DNA of 64,000 nucleotides from Batkoa obscura (Eukaryota), in contig JASVEC010000023.1 of assembly GCA_030770535.1 (NCBI GenBank), positions 682,001-746,000 on the forward strand, in the 5' to 3' direction. The number at the start of each line of letters is the position of its first letter. Position 1 is the stretch's first letter. A model generated the notes under the pieces. That model did no database searches. It had not been told where the DNA came from and saw only the letters and a program-made list of their open reading frames with translations. A program made the translations under genes and the position numbers. Positions 13,362-27,446 of this stretch are shown here, piece by piece.

Positions 13362-15325
13362 TATCATTCAAAATGATTATTTTTAATGACTAATAAAGTT
13401 AATAAATGGTAACTTTAAATTTCAATTTTATATTAGTGTATTTTACTTTCTTATTTTTGAAAGAGCTTTTACATTATTAAATGTATTTTTATTCTATTAA
13501 AAATTTATAAGTTAGTATACAAACTGAGCGGTGGATTCAGATCCCTGTTTGTTTATTAACTGAATTACAAGCTTTTGTCTACAGAAAATCACAAACCTAG
13601 AAGGTCTTTTCATTTGACAAGAGTTAAAGAACAGTAGGGATTTTCAAATATTTAACAAGTAATTTTGTAATTTATTAAGTTAATTTTATTATAAAAGATC
13701 ATACTAATAGAATCTCAATCATAATATGCAATATTAAAATGACTATTTTTATAGAATTATTTAAAAACTGATATTAGATTTTTAACCTTGTAAAACACAT
13801 TGAATCTTTTATTTAAAATATTTAATATTTGGACAATAAATAGAACTAGTTTATCTAGTTTTGTATTAATTAGAATCTTGTTCTATTAGTTAACAATATA
13901 CTTGTCCACTATATTATGTAAGTGTAATAAATTTTGGATAGAACATTAGACTGTTTTTAAATTTTAAATAAAGGGGCTAAAAATAGATATTAAAAATTAT
14001 TTTTTTGGAGTATGTGTTAAGAATATTCGCACTAATCAATATTATCTATCTCCCCTAAAGTTCCAACATTTTATCAAATTCGAATGCTTTTCTTAACATT
14101 ATTTATAATACAACTTGAAATAGTTATAAATCAGCTCTATCTTGTTGAACTATTTTAATGGTTCAAATGAACCTTTTAATAGTCAACTTGATTACATGAA
14201 AAAATATTATACTAAAATAAGATAACCAAATATTACTTAGAATATTTAAATTGGAATGTGATTATAATTGTTGTGATTTTCTATAACTTACTTAACTTTA
14301 CTTTTAAGAAGAAACTTATGCTAAATTTTAATAAAACTTATGCATTAAGCTCTAGAAAAATTGATTGTATAAATAACTTAATTCTAAAAATAATGGCTAA
14401 TAAAGTCGAAAAAGAGTTACAACAGCTCTATAACCACATTTGAAATAGCTAAAAAGGAGAAAATCCATGATTAGTTTATTTTCGAGATCGAATTGTTCTC
14501 GAAATTATCTTGAAAGTTAGACTTGATAAAAATTTAGCGAGTTCGTTTCCATGAGTGAAAAACTTTTGATACTTTAACTTGAACTGCGTTTTTGAAAATT
14601 TGATTCAAGTGTTATTAGATTATAGTGGAGATGTTGTTTCTGTAAAAGCGCCAAAGTCCTATTGCTTTTATAGGGTATATGTACTCATGTTTTTTAACTC
14701 TAATTACACACCGATCCCCCATGCCCACATGCTCCTTTGTATTCTTTATACTAATTCGCAAATATACTCATGATTTTCACCTTCAAGTTTATATTCTAGA
14801 AATTGGAATTGAAATTTCTAAAATTGGATTTCATTCAATTTAATAATCAATCTGATCAAGGTTTATATTAACTACCAAATTATAAAAAATTTCGAATATA
14901 GAGTTCGCTAAATAAATTATATACATTTTATTATGTTGTTTAAGTTGGCTTCATACAAATATATTAAGGATTGTTAAGAAAAGTAGTAGAATCCTACATA
15001 TATTATTTATTTTATTGGTATAACCGTATACTAGAAAATACAATTCACAAAAAGAATAGTAAATTAAGCAATGAGTTGGGGATTGGTTAACCATAATAAA
15101 CCACTAAATAAATTATATTTTATAAAATACAAATTCTTGTTTAAGGTGCCTCAAAAGGTAAAGTTAAATATATTAAGTAAAAATCAAGCATAGCAGCTAA
15201 ATATAGATGTAAACAAGTGTTCGCATTAATAGAAATTCTGATTTGCTAATGTATATACTCAAACTATATAAAAGGATGTAATTTTGAACTTAGTTTCTTT
15301 AACTTTTGTTTCCAACTTAAATAAT

Positions 15326-15724
15326 ATGAAATTTTTCCAAGTTACCCTTTTAGCTCTCTCTGCTTCCGTTATTGCTGAAAATGCTTCATCAGCATCCACC
15401 AGTTCCGCTGTAACCAGTGCTTCTACCTCAGTTAAAGGTTCAGCTACCCAAATTGTTGGAGATAAAAGCGCATCAACTACCTCCTCTGGAAGTCCTAAAG
15501 CTACTGAATCCGCTTCAGCTGATAAATCTGGAAAATCTTCCAGTGGCGCCAAAGATGCCTCATCATCTGGTGCTGACAAAGATGCCAAATCTACCACTGG
15601 TTCCGGTAAAGAATCCTCTACCTCCAAGACTTCAACTCCTGCTAAAGGTTCAAGCTCAGGTGCTTTACCTTATTCCGCTTCTGCCTTTGTTGGTATGATC
15701 GCTGCTTTAGTTCTTTCCCAATAA
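15326..15724 (+). CDS. Small Ser/Ala/Thr-rich putative GPI-anchored protein (132 aa from ATG 15326)
   Basis: MKFFQVTLLALSASVIA signal peptide, S/T/K/G low-complexity body, SSGA followed by a hydrophobic tail; TATATAA at 15265. Confidence 0.85.
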   Translation: MKFFQVTLLALSASVIAENASSASTSSAVTSASTSVKGSATQIVGDKSASTTSSGSPKATESASADKSGKSSSGAKDASSSGADKDAKSTTGSGKESSTSKTSTPAKGSSSGALPYSASAFVGMIAALVLSQ

Positions 15725-16806
15725 TTTAATTTATACTATTAAATAATTTAATGCTAGTTTTTGATGTTTTTATTTTTACTAGATTGCTTTTTTCTATAAT
15801 TCAAAAGTTAAGACCTTTTTAGTTGATATACTAATCATAGTCAGCTAGATCATTGAAGATGAAGTATAAGCGATAAGATAGGGAAGGGATTTTACAGAAT
15901 AGAATAGATTTCCTCTTGATGGGACAGCTAAAACCATTAAGAAATACAAGATCCATTGAGCAAAGGCGAGTTTTTACTGTAAATCAAGCTGACTAGAAAG
16001 AGCCAAGATTCAATAAAAGTAAGGTAAAGACATTTAGAGAAGAGCTCCATTATACTATGCTATTAATATCTCCAAGTTCCACTATATAGTATAATAAAAG
16101 TTTCAACGCTTATATTGTGTATCTGAAGTTTTTTTATCATCAAGACATTCAACTAATGAACCTTTAACTCGGATTAACTCTTCTAGTGATAAAGTATTTA
16201 TACGAAGTCGTTAACTTTAAAATTTCAATAGAGGTAATAAATGTGCTGAAGTTCATTGGTATATGTTGGTAATAAAAAATTTCAATAATTATTTATAATT
16301 TAATAATAATTTTACCACAGTATTCCAATCAAATAATTGGTATGTGAAAATTTAAAATAGTATCAAGGTTTTCCTAAAATAATCTGATCTTTTTAATTTA
16401 TAGAAAAAATAGGTTATAGGCTACAATGGTCATTTCATTTTTTTAAATTTCTGATAAACAATTATTTTTTAGTTGAAAGTTTTTAGTTTTACTTCCGCTA
16501 TAAATAAAGTAACCGCTTTATTCCACAATCATCAATAATATAATATTAGCTACTTTTTATTAGTTCAAAACAGTTTTTCAAAAGATCAAAAGTAACATTT
16601 ATAATGGAGGGCATTACTTAATTATTATAATCAATGATGTTTTTTTTGATTGGAATTTCTTTTTTTTGATAACTATGCTTAGTTTTACAAGAATTGGTTC
16701 TATATTTGCAGTTAGTTTGCTTTTGCCTCTTGTACCACAAAAAAGGTCAGATTGCTTTAGAAAAATCCTAATATCCTAACATTAAATTAAATATAAAATT
16801 TATATA

Positions 16807-16904
16807 TAGGAATATTTTTTTGTGTTTAAAAATTTTACTAACAATTTTTCCACTCAGATAGTGCTTAAAAAATGGAAAAATAATGAAATCAAAAAACATC
16901 ACCA
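16807..16904 (+). mobile_element. MITE copy
   Basis: Matches consensus; TA/TA flanks. Confidence 0.85.
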
Positions 16905-17073
16905 TACCTAAATTAATGATATTATGTAATAACATATTAAAAGTAGGCTAATAGTTGTAATAATAGTTTTAATATTGACATTTTATCTATATTTATTGAT
17001 CTTTATTTCTTTTTATCTAGAAATTATGCTTACAACAAAATTTATAAAAATTAAGTTTATAAAAATCGTAATA

Positions 17074-17173
17074 TGGGGATGTTTTTTTTGGCTTCACTAC
17101 TTTTCCATCTCTTAAGCACTATTTGAGTGGAAAAATTGTTAGTAAAACTCTTAAACAAAAAAACATATCCCCA
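17074..17173 (-). mobile_element. MITE copy
   Basis: TGGGGAT...ATCCCCA termini; TA/TA flanks. Confidence 0.9.
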
Positions 17174-17309
17174 TATATATATAAATTATAACTAAAAAAC
17201 TTAAAGCTTAGTATTGTAGTTAATTTAATTAAACTGTTGATAGGTATAAAAAACTAATTTAATAACTAATAAAAAAACCTAAAAAAACTAGCAAAAATAA
17301 AATAGAAAA

Positions 17310-17409
17310 TGAGGATATGTTTTTTTGTTTAAGAGTTTTACTAACGATTTTTCCACTCAAATAGTGCTTAAGAGATGGAAAAGTAGTGAAGCCAAAAAAA
17401 ACATCCCCA
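17310..17409 (+). mobile_element. MITE copy
   Basis: About 2 differences from the inverted copy at 17074; AA/AA flanks. Confidence 0.9.
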
Positions 17410-17631
17410 AATCATTACAGTTAAATTTGAAAGCAAAAAACTATAAAAAATCTTTAGTACTATCAATTAAACACTTTTATTTTTATTTTCTATATATAAT
17501 ACTATTTTGATGTATATATTTTTAAACTTGTTGGGATCCTTATTAATAATTTAATTTTAAAAAACAAAGTTTTTATGTATAATAATTTATTTTTTAAAAC
17601 ATAAATAGTTTTTAATAAAATATTTTAATAT

Positions 17632-17732
17632 TGAGAGTGTTTTTTTTGACTTCATTACTTTTTCCATTTTTTAAGCACTATTTGAATGGAAAAATTGTTA
17701 GTAAAATTCTTAAACACAAAAATACATGCCCA
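17632..17732 (-). mobile_element. MITE copy
   Basis: Matches consensus; AT/AT flanks. Confidence 0.88.
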
Positions 17733-18455
17733 ATATATTTTTAAAGAAAAAGTTGGCTATTATTTGTTTTTACAACTTCAGTTCTATAAACAATTTATAT
17801 TTAGGTTACAGTCAGGTCGCATTAAGTAAGGGTTTTCTTAAACAGTCTATTTTTAAAAGTAAAATGTTTTAACATTTTGGATTTGTAATGTATTGTGAAA
17901 TTATAATAAAAAAGTAGTCTTTAAGACTTGATGCTTTTGATACTTTTTTATTCAGTTTTTTTTGAACTATAAAAAACTACTACTTTTTAAAAAAATATTC
18001 AAGCAGGTTTTTTTGGTGTATCGCTACAAACCTTTATCTTTCTTGCCTTTTTTTTGTACTTATTTAGAATAGATAATAACTTACAAAATGAGTTAACCGT
18101 TGCGGTTATAATTTAAATATGTCCAAAGTCATCCCACAATTTTTAACACCTTTATTCCCATTTAATTACTAATTAATCTTTATTATTAATCTAACATTTA
18201 AATATTAGTACTTTTGAGATTTCTTTAAAAAATATCAATCTGAATCTAAAAGTATTGAGGATTTTACATGACTTTTTTATCAGAGAGTTTGATTCAACTA
18301 GAACAATAAACACTTCCTCTAACACAAGTATATAGTTTTGATCATGCTAAAGTTGTTTAAAATACATTGTACTATATATCTGATAAAAGACAAGGTTATT
18401 AATAAATAAACAATGCTTGTCTAAAAATAGCTTATTTAGAATTAAAAATAACCTA

Positions 18456-18556
18456 TGGAGATATATTTTTTTGTTTAAAAACTTCACTAAGAGCTATTAT
18501 ATTTAAATAATGCTTGAAAAATAGAAAAAGTGATGAAATTAAAAAAACACCCCCTA
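18456..18556 (+). mobile_element. MITE copy (diverged)
   Basis: Matches consensus ends; TA/TA flanks. Confidence 0.78.
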
Positions 18557-19070
18557 TATTGAAGTTTACCCTTTTACTGCATATAAGTATAGTCCGGATT
18601 ACGCCGTCTTTTTTTAATAATTCTACTGCGTATTTTTATTTTGTGTTTAACTATATTTGTTAATTTATTGATTTTAGATATCTAGGCTTTATGAAATAAT
18701 TAAAGTTTAAAATAGAGATTTGGATTCAATTTGTTTAGGCCGATTATGTTATTTTTTAGCTATTTCATCATTAAAGTATTTAATTCCGATATGCTTTAGA
18801 TGTTGATGATGTACTTATTTTTGTGTAATATCAATATTGCTACTCTGAACTATGCTTTTAAATAATGGGCTAATATTATAATATTAAAAATAGAAATAAA
18901 ATTAAATGACAGTAAAATAATAAAAATAAGGATGAGAATATTTTATTTTTATAAATTGAGTTTAAAATTACTCAAAGCTTTTGATAAATTGATAAAGATA
19001 AAATGTATAATTACAAGAGGTATATATCAACAATGATATATATATAAAGTGAGGTACTATAATATAAAAT

Positions 19071-19562
19071 CTAAGCTTTAAATTCTTTGGCTTTTCTTTT
19101 AGGTCCATGGTTAAACATTTTGATATGGGCATTCAAATGATTTAATGCTCCATAGGAGCGAGTACAATATGGATAATTACAATGGTATTTTCTATTTACT
19201 TCATGATATTTTCTACGTGGTCTTTTTACTATTTTTTCGCCTATTATATTTATAAAACTACACTCACGTTCATTAAATGTTTTATCTACTATAGTAGCTT
19301 GTTTGCTAATAGGAGATTGCTCTTGCAATATATCTCCTAATATACTATGGATAGATGGTAATTCTATATCTTTAGTAAATATAGGCTTATTAGCACTACT
19401 CATATCTGATATATAATATAAGTCAAAAGATCTACGAGAGCAAGAAAAAGAAGAGGAAGGAGAAGATAGATGCTCTGGATAATCAACTGTATAGTTTAAA
19501 TCTAAAGCAGGATTTAAATCCAAGATACTTTTATTTAAAGTGATAGTAGTGGAAAAAGTCAT
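19071..19562 (-). CDS. Con7-type single C2H2 zinc-finger transcription factor, paralog 1 (ZF1)
   Basis: KRPRRKYHEVNRKYHCNYPYCTRSYGALNHLNAHIKMFNHGPKRKAKEFK; LPSIHSILGDIL motif. Confidence 0.92.
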   Translation of the reverse strand: MTFSTTITLNKSILDLNPALDLNYTVDYPEHLSSPSSSFSCSRRSFDLYYISDMSSANKPIFTKDIELPSIHSILGDILQEQSPISKQATIVDKTFNERECSFINIIGEKIVKRPRRKYHEVNRKYHCNYPYCTRSYGALNHLNAHIKMFNHGPKRKAKEFKA

Positions 19563-22500
19563 AGTATAGTAAAATAAAAAATAGAAATTTTATTTTAAAG
19601 AAAAGTAAAATAGAGGGCTATTTATAGTCAAATGGATGGTTCAATTAATAACTAAAAATAGGGGGCTACGATTTAAATAAAAACGAGAAATTAATCCCTT
19701 TTAATTGGAAATTAAAGTATTATTTTAACAATTTCCTACTTAAGTTGAACAGCTTTATTATTATTGGGGTTTATACTTTTAATCTGGGGCCATTAAATTT
19801 ATTTAATTTTTCATTTTATGCAACTGTTTGTAGTTTGTTTACATGCGTTTAATCTATTAAGGAAGGGTAGTAATATATTTTCAAACATATTATGATAACT
19901 ATATATCATATTATGAACAGACTATTTGGACACTAATTGTGTTTTATCTACATTATAGCCCAAATATTTAAAGTAAAACTATTCTTGCCTAAATAAATGA
20001 TTATATAAATTTCAACCTAAAAGAAAGAAAATAGATTTGGCGGAATTTTAAACAAAGTTTATTAGCATTTAGACTGCATTTATGCAAGTTAATCTTATTG
20101 AATGTTAAGAACTCCAAATATAGAAATAGTTAGATCATTTTATAGCTAATTCAGTGGGTAATCCTATTTTATTCAAATATTTTATAACGATAAAAGCTTA
20201 ATCACACCAAGATAGTTGAAAAATATTTGAATAATAAATTATTATTAGTACTGATATTACAATAAAAGTTAGGGTTGTGTCAATTCTTTTATCATCAAAA
20301 CTATAATCATTATTAATCAAGGATCGTACAATAATACAATAATATATTTCAAAATTGATTCAAATTTAGTAAATTTAGCTAAGATGGAAATCTGCGTCAA
20401 AGCTTGATCGTTGCATCTAATGACCCACCCCATCAAATTTGATTTAGCTAAAGACCATACTTGACAAATTTACTGATATCCACTTTTTTCGATTAATAAA
20501 AAGTAATTTAATTCATCTTTATTATTAAAAGGATGCAAATGAGGCTCAAATATTGCCTGTTTAAATTGATTTTTCTTAAAATATTTATTCTCACTCTTAT
20601 TTCAATCAAAGAAATTATTAGAATATAAGTTAGATAACAGACTAACTGGTAAATGCATTGTAAATATTTTGTCTAGGATTATAGATTTTTTAATGTTGTG
20701 TATTAGAATTTCGGTATGAATCAAGATCTTGGTAATTAAAAATCGATTTAAGATTGAGAAATAAAATACACCCTACAATTATAGAAGTTGTAAAAAGTTA
20801 ATAATAAGTAAATAAAGTAGTCAATAACATTTTAATTAAAATGTTAACATCAATATTTAATTAAAATATTTAATGAAATGAACCCTATCCTTTTAGATTA
20901 TAATTAAGTCTTTTTTTGCTTTAATTTGCTTCTGGAGATTGAAATAAAATTTAAGTTACCAATTGATAGCTTAAATTTCCATTTTAAATCCTCTTCTATA
21001 GGTGGTTTCATCTCAAATTAAGAATAAATAGCAATGTTTTTTAAAATCAGTTATTTGGTTAATTGATTTTTCTTAAAGTTTACTGCTTAAAAATTAATAA
21101 TTTGGATTGATATAACACTAAACTATAAGATTATTTATAAACAAATGTAATCTAATATACTACTATTTTAATTATTATCATTGCTAGTATCTTTTTTTTG
21201 TACTTATAATTTTAAAATTAATAATATAAAAGCGATTTATTGATGAAATTATCATAAGTAGTTAATAAGGAAAAAGTAGTAAGTCAATTTATAAACTATG
21301 CTTTGTTAAAATGTGATGCAAAATTTTAATTAAAAGTTTTGCCTGGAGTTTACTGGTATTTAAACCTATCTTCTATTTTCAATTCGAGGTGAACCAACTA
21401 TAGAATTATTTTCTATTAGTTTTAGTACAATTGAGCTTTAATCAAATCGAACTTTTTGATTCATCTATGTATCTTATCTTATTTGTACTTATACTTTTAT
21501 GAATTTTGTAAAAACTTTATACTATTATTTCAGTATCAATTTCGTATACATACACACTTTTATTAACAAAGTATGCAATCTTGTTTAGTAAATAATATCA
21601 TAGTTTCAGGAATGTAATAGTCTTCTATTAATCAAGGCTAGATTAGTATAATTATCTTTAGCATTTCAAAGCCCAATTAATATGCTGAAAAAATAATTAA
21701 AATTCTGAAGATACAAAACGATTGCCCATTAAGATTCAAGGTTTAAAAATAAGGATCTAGAACTTGAGTTGAATTAAAACTAAAGTAAAATTAATTTAAA
21801 TTTCACGAAATATTATACTATATTTCATGGAGTATCTAACTGTAATATGTATGTTTTTTTAGCAGCTAAAGTTCCCTTTTCCTTATAAATATAAAATAGC
21901 TGAATCAAGTGATGATATCATACTTACTCTAGCTTTAGACTAGATGCTTTTTATTCATTTACATTCTACATTTGAATTTAACATTTTATATTATAATGAT
22001 AGATCATTTTACTTGTAATTTACTAGTACCAACCTATCTCATGGCCTACTTTAAAGTTTAGTTTTGTGTAGTGGGCATTATAACCCATTGAATTTATATT
22101 TCCTATTTTAAACTTTCCCTTTCTTAGGATAGTACATTCAATTATATATTACGGCTACTCCTTAAAGCAGTAATCTAACATTGCATTAGAGCTACTACTA
22201 CTTAAAGTAATGGATCTTATTTCGATCATTTGTCATTACAACCAGATGTAGCGTTGTTCTTCATACCTTTGTTTCAAAAATTGACTAAAGCTACCATTAC
22301 GAATAACTTTTGGGATATTTTTAAATTCTTACTAGTTTCAAGTCAACTTTTTTAACTCCTTTTGATTTTGTAGCATGTTTATGCATCTTATATGTATACC
22401 CAAGTACGAAAAAAAGATACGATTAATCTTTAATTAGTACAAGCCCAAATTCAATAAGACAGATCAACTAATTAAATACCTAAATTCACTTATTATATAA

Positions 22501-24231
22501 ACTCAATTGGTTGCCACTATTTTACGGAATTTGAACCTTTACCAATTGAAAGGTCAACATTGTGTATTTTTTTGTACTTAGCTACACTACTTTAAGCCGA
22601 TATTTGTAAAATGAAAACCACCTCGATCTTTTATAATTAATGCTGAACTTTTTCAAGAACTATAATAACGCAAGATACTAAAATGATGGTCTAACATTAA
22701 ATTTAAACTTTTACTTTTAATGGCATCAAATATTACTTAAATATCAATACATATTTTTATAGAAACTAGATAACTACCTTTTATTGGTAAGTAAAGCTAA
22801 ATTTGAACCAATCATTGATGGGAAGTTAATATAGAAACTAGTATAAAAATTATTACGAAAAACTACTCAGCTTTAATATATTTAATATCATTTACATTCT
22901 ACTTTTTCATCAAGTCTTGGCTAAAATAGCTTTTTAAGCGGATAAAAAATACTATTTTAGATTAAAATATAAAGCACCTTAACATAATGAAAACAAACTA
23001 TATGTAAAGCATTTTAAATGATACTTGGACTCCTGAATTGAACTGATAGTATATATGTGGGGATACACTAGTAACAAGGTTCAAAATCTAATATAAATTT
23101 ACATATCCCGGATTCTTTTCCATTTATATTATAATGTTATTTTCGAGTTACGTCTTACAAACTCGATGTATACTAAAGGGATAATTTATATTATAATATA
23201 TCATCATAATAAAATATTAAACTTGGTCTTTATGACTGAAGTGTTTATATAAATATTAGTAAAAAATTACATATGTATATCTTATTATGAAGTTTTATGA
23301 GTAGGTATTTAGGATTTATATTAAACTTGGCTTAGATGTTAGATTTGATTCTAGATTTAAATCTCTTGATATCAGGACTAATATTAAGACGACAATGTAG
23401 AATTATGTTAAAATGTGCTTACAATGTTATTTTGAGCATAGATCTAGTAAATATAGCTTTAGTAAATGACCAAATCTAACACAGTATATGACTCTACCGA
23501 CGCTATGATCAGTCTCAAAATAATATAACATGACGATTTATGAGGATGATTATGTCTTTTTTGATTTCATTTATTTGTTCATTTTCTATTAAAATTTTTA
23601 AAAAACTATTAGTTAATGCTGAAACAAAAAAGGTGTTCCCAGATGTTTTATTTTTGGAAGTTGCATTTATTCTTTAAGACAAATTATATGAAGCTTTAAT
23701 ATTAAATCAAATAGGAGGAGTTTTATATAAAAACTATCAAAGCATTGAAAAGGATAATCCACAATAATACCATGATCAGAAACACTACATTGATATCGTA
23801 AAATACGTAAGCTAAGTTCTTTTAAAATATGGAGAAACTTTTAGGCATTTGAAACTTCTATAAATAATAAACCAATATATGTACATAGCCTATATAAGTT
23901 GATTATCACATTGAAAAACATAATCATTCAAATAATAAGCGAAATAGTAGCTTTATTTAGGCTTCCTCGAGACTCATACCGGATTTAGGTGTCATATTCA
24001 AACAGTCAGTCTTATATTATCCCCTTTCATTATCCCCTGCTGATTTACCACTTTTGTAAAGCTTTACAAGTTTATGATTTTTTGTAGACACACTACATCT
24101 ACCTTCAAATAGCTTTATTTAGAAGAGAAAATTAATTAACTTGAACTTAAATTAGATACCCTAAAATTGATAGCTAGTTGAGACTAAAGCTGAATAATCT
24201 TCTGTAATAAAACCATTGATTTTTTATGCAT

Positions 24232-24327
24232 TGGGAATGTTTTTGGTTTCATTATTTTTTTCATTTTTTAAGCATTATTTGAGTGGAAAGATTTCTAGTA
24301 AGATCCTTACAAAAAAATACATTCCCA
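24232..24327 (-). mobile_element. MITE copy
   Basis: TGGGAATGT...ACATTCCCA termini; flanks AT/TT do not match. Confidence 0.82.
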
Positions 24328-24639
24328 TTGATCATCTTTAATTATTAAATATATAACATTAGAGGTCTTGATACTAACACAATGAATACATAAACTCTAT
24401 TGAAATATTTATTTATAAACAATAAATGAGTCTTGCTTTACTATATGAAATAGTACAATTTTTATCTCATAATTTTTTCTTAATACCTAAATCTAAAGAG
24501 AGCATATATTTTCCTAAAACTTATTTTAATTGTCTCCAAGGTAAATAATCTTTTCTTAAAAACCTGCCAACTTTTTAAAACCAATGACGCTTTACTTCAA
24601 TCTGAAACGTGAATAGAAAAACAAGTGAAGTTTATGATA

Positions 24640-24738
24640 TGGGAATGTTTTTTTGGCTTCATTAATTTTTCCATCTTTTAAGCGCTATTTAGTGGAAAAA
24701 CTGTTAGTAAAATCCTTAAATACAGAAATACATCCCCA
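24640..24738 (-). mobile_element. MITE copy
   Basis: Matches consensus; TA/TA flanks. Confidence 0.9.
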
Positions 24739-27023
24739 TATATTAATTTCCTTACTAAAGGTTAGGGCTAAAATATGGTTATTAATTAAGTGATAAAGTC
24801 TATAGGTTTAGTTTTCAAAAAGTTTTAATTTATTACTTGTTTGTTTTTGTTTAATATAGTAATTAAAGATGTATTATTATAATTTAAACACGATATTTAT
24901 AAATAAAATTAAACCTCTTATCTAAAAATAAAATCAATGTTATTTTTAACTAATAAACTCATAATGTTTGTGCATATTTTGATGTAACTTATAAATATCA
25001 TAAAGATATAAAGGAATGACTATATTAAGGAAGCTCCGTATTTACAAAACTAGCAACATCTATATATCATTTTTCAATGACCTAATTTTAAAAATTATAT
25101 ATAGATTACATCTCCTATGTTTAAACTAAAATTAAAAGCTTTGGACTATAGTCAGATAAAATAAAGTTTTTATTTAATATAACTTTATATTAATTAAATT
25201 TAATGGTATCTTAAATTATAAGTTCTTGATAAAACACTCTTATTAAATATTAAAGTAAAAATTTAATATCAATACAAAAATGAGGGTATTTTTGATTAAA
25301 GTAATGAATGGGTTTTAAACACCCTTTAATATAATTTAAGATCATATTCTATATTTACTATTTAGACTCCTATTATTAATTTTAACAACTTGAAGATAAA
25401 ACATTTATGATCTAATTAATGATCTTGCTTCTAAAAAGAAAATAATTTAGATTCTAGATTATAATATTTTAATTTAATCATTATTTTTTACTTCCTTGGC
25501 ATAAACCAATATACCTTACTATAACGGAAAAAAATAACTTACATTACTAATGACGACTATAAAGTTACTTTGCGGATTATTACCCGCGTCTCTTACCAAT
25601 GTTTAATCCCGATATTAAATGATTACCTTTATGATTAGCAAATGACAAAAAATACCCTGTATTATAACTCAAAAATACAATTTGTCATGATAACTGAAAC
25701 TAATTAAAAAGAAAACATAATAGTATTTATAATGTAACTCCTTAAATAGTTTGAAAATAAAAGTTGTCCCGTAACTTTTACCAATTAATGTTTTACTTAG
25801 TTTTTTTAATAAACTTAATAGAATTCAAAATATTGTTACATTTCTTCAATTCTGAAGCGACTTTATAAACTATATTTTTAATCACCACATTTTAAGTTTA
25901 TTCTGGTTAATTAGATTTGGAGGTAAATTAATCTTTGTTTAAGGGTTATATATAGTTTGTATAATTCCCGATTATTAAATAAAAGCTAAAGTAAACTAAA
26001 TCAGCAAATTCCTTGTTTATAATCTAAACATTGATGATAATAATAAAGTTTTGGTGCTTTTAAGAATAGTTCTATGTGGTAATGCCCTTAAAACAAGGAT
26101 AATGTTTGAATGTTTTAATTAAAAACTTCAGGAGATTTAAAAAAAGGATAGTTTTTTTTATCAATAAGAACAGGATTTTTTATAATTTAGTAGACAAAAT
26201 AACATGTTAGTAAAAATTGAAATATTAAGGAAAGCTAGTAATTATGAAATCTTTTTAACGTTATCTAATTTATTTATTTTTAACCATTAGTTTTTACACT
26301 TTTGGAAATATTTGGTGTTCAAAAATACTTTATATTAAATTATTTAAAAAGTAAACAGCATTAATATGTAACTTTAAATGCTTTTAAGTAGAAAATAATT
26401 TATCATATTGCTAGTGGACTTTAAAGAGATCAAAATCGTAACAATATTTTCTACCCATTTTTATTTTGAAAAACAAAACAAAACATTGCAAACTATAGCT
26501 AAAACAAAACTAACAATTATTTTAGTCTACTTTTAAGTAAAAAAGGGATAATCAGGGTAAAAAACAAGTAGTGATTTAGAGTTATATTTTTAGTTAACCT
26601 GAATTTACTGGAGTTCCTATCTAGTACATAAAAACTAACTTTTTTTCGGTATAACTCAACTAAGAACTAATAGTTCAATTTAAGCCACATATAATATTAT
26701 AAATAAATTTAACCAAAATGGGCTAAAGATTTATAAAATAGGTTACTACTAACATGGCTGTAAATAAATACCATGCAAAAGCTAAATGGACAAAATTTTA
26801 AATTTTACGTTGGAAATTTAGTAGTAAATTGCCTAAGTTGGTAAAATCATTCACAAGGTTGATGGATATATAGTAGATAGTTGAAAATGAGATTCTTAAA
26901 ACTTAGCGATTTAACCCAATTTAGACTACCCCAAAAAAATCATTTAAAATTTCAAAAAAAAGTATATAAGTAATGAATATTCTACTACTCTTTTAATTTA
27001 AATTTCTATCAGTTTTAAAATAA

Positions 27024-27446
27024 ATGAGTAAATATTCAAGTCAATATAACTTACATTTGCCAAACCCATTTGAGTTCAGACCAAGGAGCTATATTTCTTC
27101 AAGTAGTGCCTCCCCAAACACTGAATGCACTGAAACATTCTTAAGTAGAGATAACTTAAAATTACCCCCATTAGAACCTAATTCGCAATATAATATGCCT
27201 TTACCCTCCCTTGCCGAAGCTTTAAATGGGAAGCCACTTAAAAGTAAAAATGGATATGCTTTTATAAGTTTATTTAATGAGGCTATCCAAAAAAGACCAC
27301 GTAGGCGATATCATGAAGTTGAAAGGTTTTATAAATGCTTACATCCTAATTGTGACAAATCATACGGTGCATTAAATCATCTAAACGCGCATATCGTAGC
27401 TCAAAGTCATGGGACAAAGAGAAGAGCTAGTGAATTCAAAAATTAG
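27024..27446 (+). CDS. Con7-type C2H2 transcription factor, paralog 2 (ZF2)
   Basis: YAFISL...KRPRRRYHEVERFYKCLHPNCDKSYGALNHLNAHIVAQSHGTKRRASEFK; LPPLE and LPSLAEAL motifs. Confidence 0.93.
   Translation: MSKYSSQYNLHLPNPFEFRPRSYISSSSASPNTECTETFLSRDNLKLPPLEPNSQYNMPLPSLAEALNGKPLKSKNGYAFISLFNEAIQKRPRRRYHEVERFYKCLHPNCDKSYGALNHLNAHIVAQSHGTKRRASEFKN

Noticed and set aside
11254..15698. ORFs 11254-11523, 13070-13294, 13135-13326, 14258-14443, 14579-14773, 15259-15627, 15417-15698
   Set aside because: Shadows of the S/T-rich genes or short ORFs, mostly without ATG and with no recognisable motif.
15821..16148. Purine-rich segment ending in ...CAAGACA that resembles a solo LTR
   Set aside because: Single copy in the window; no convincing TG start or TSD.
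16807..17732. Repeat-spacer-like run of four ~100-bp repeats suggesting a CRISPR-type array
   Set aside because: Alternating orientation, irregular spacing, TIRs with TSDs, dispersed copies elsewhere and eukaryotic context indicate MITEs.
21900..24100. Slightly GC-richer stretches here and at ~56.8-57.7 kb that might be retroelement relics or ncRNA
   Set aside because: No RT/integrase motif, tRNA cloverleaf or snRNA signature could be identified by eye.
25281..25328. Possible internally deleted MITE (TGAGGGTATTTTT...AAAGTAATGAA...AAACACCCTTTA)
   Set aside because: Only ~48 bp and degenerate; cannot be separated from chance by eye.
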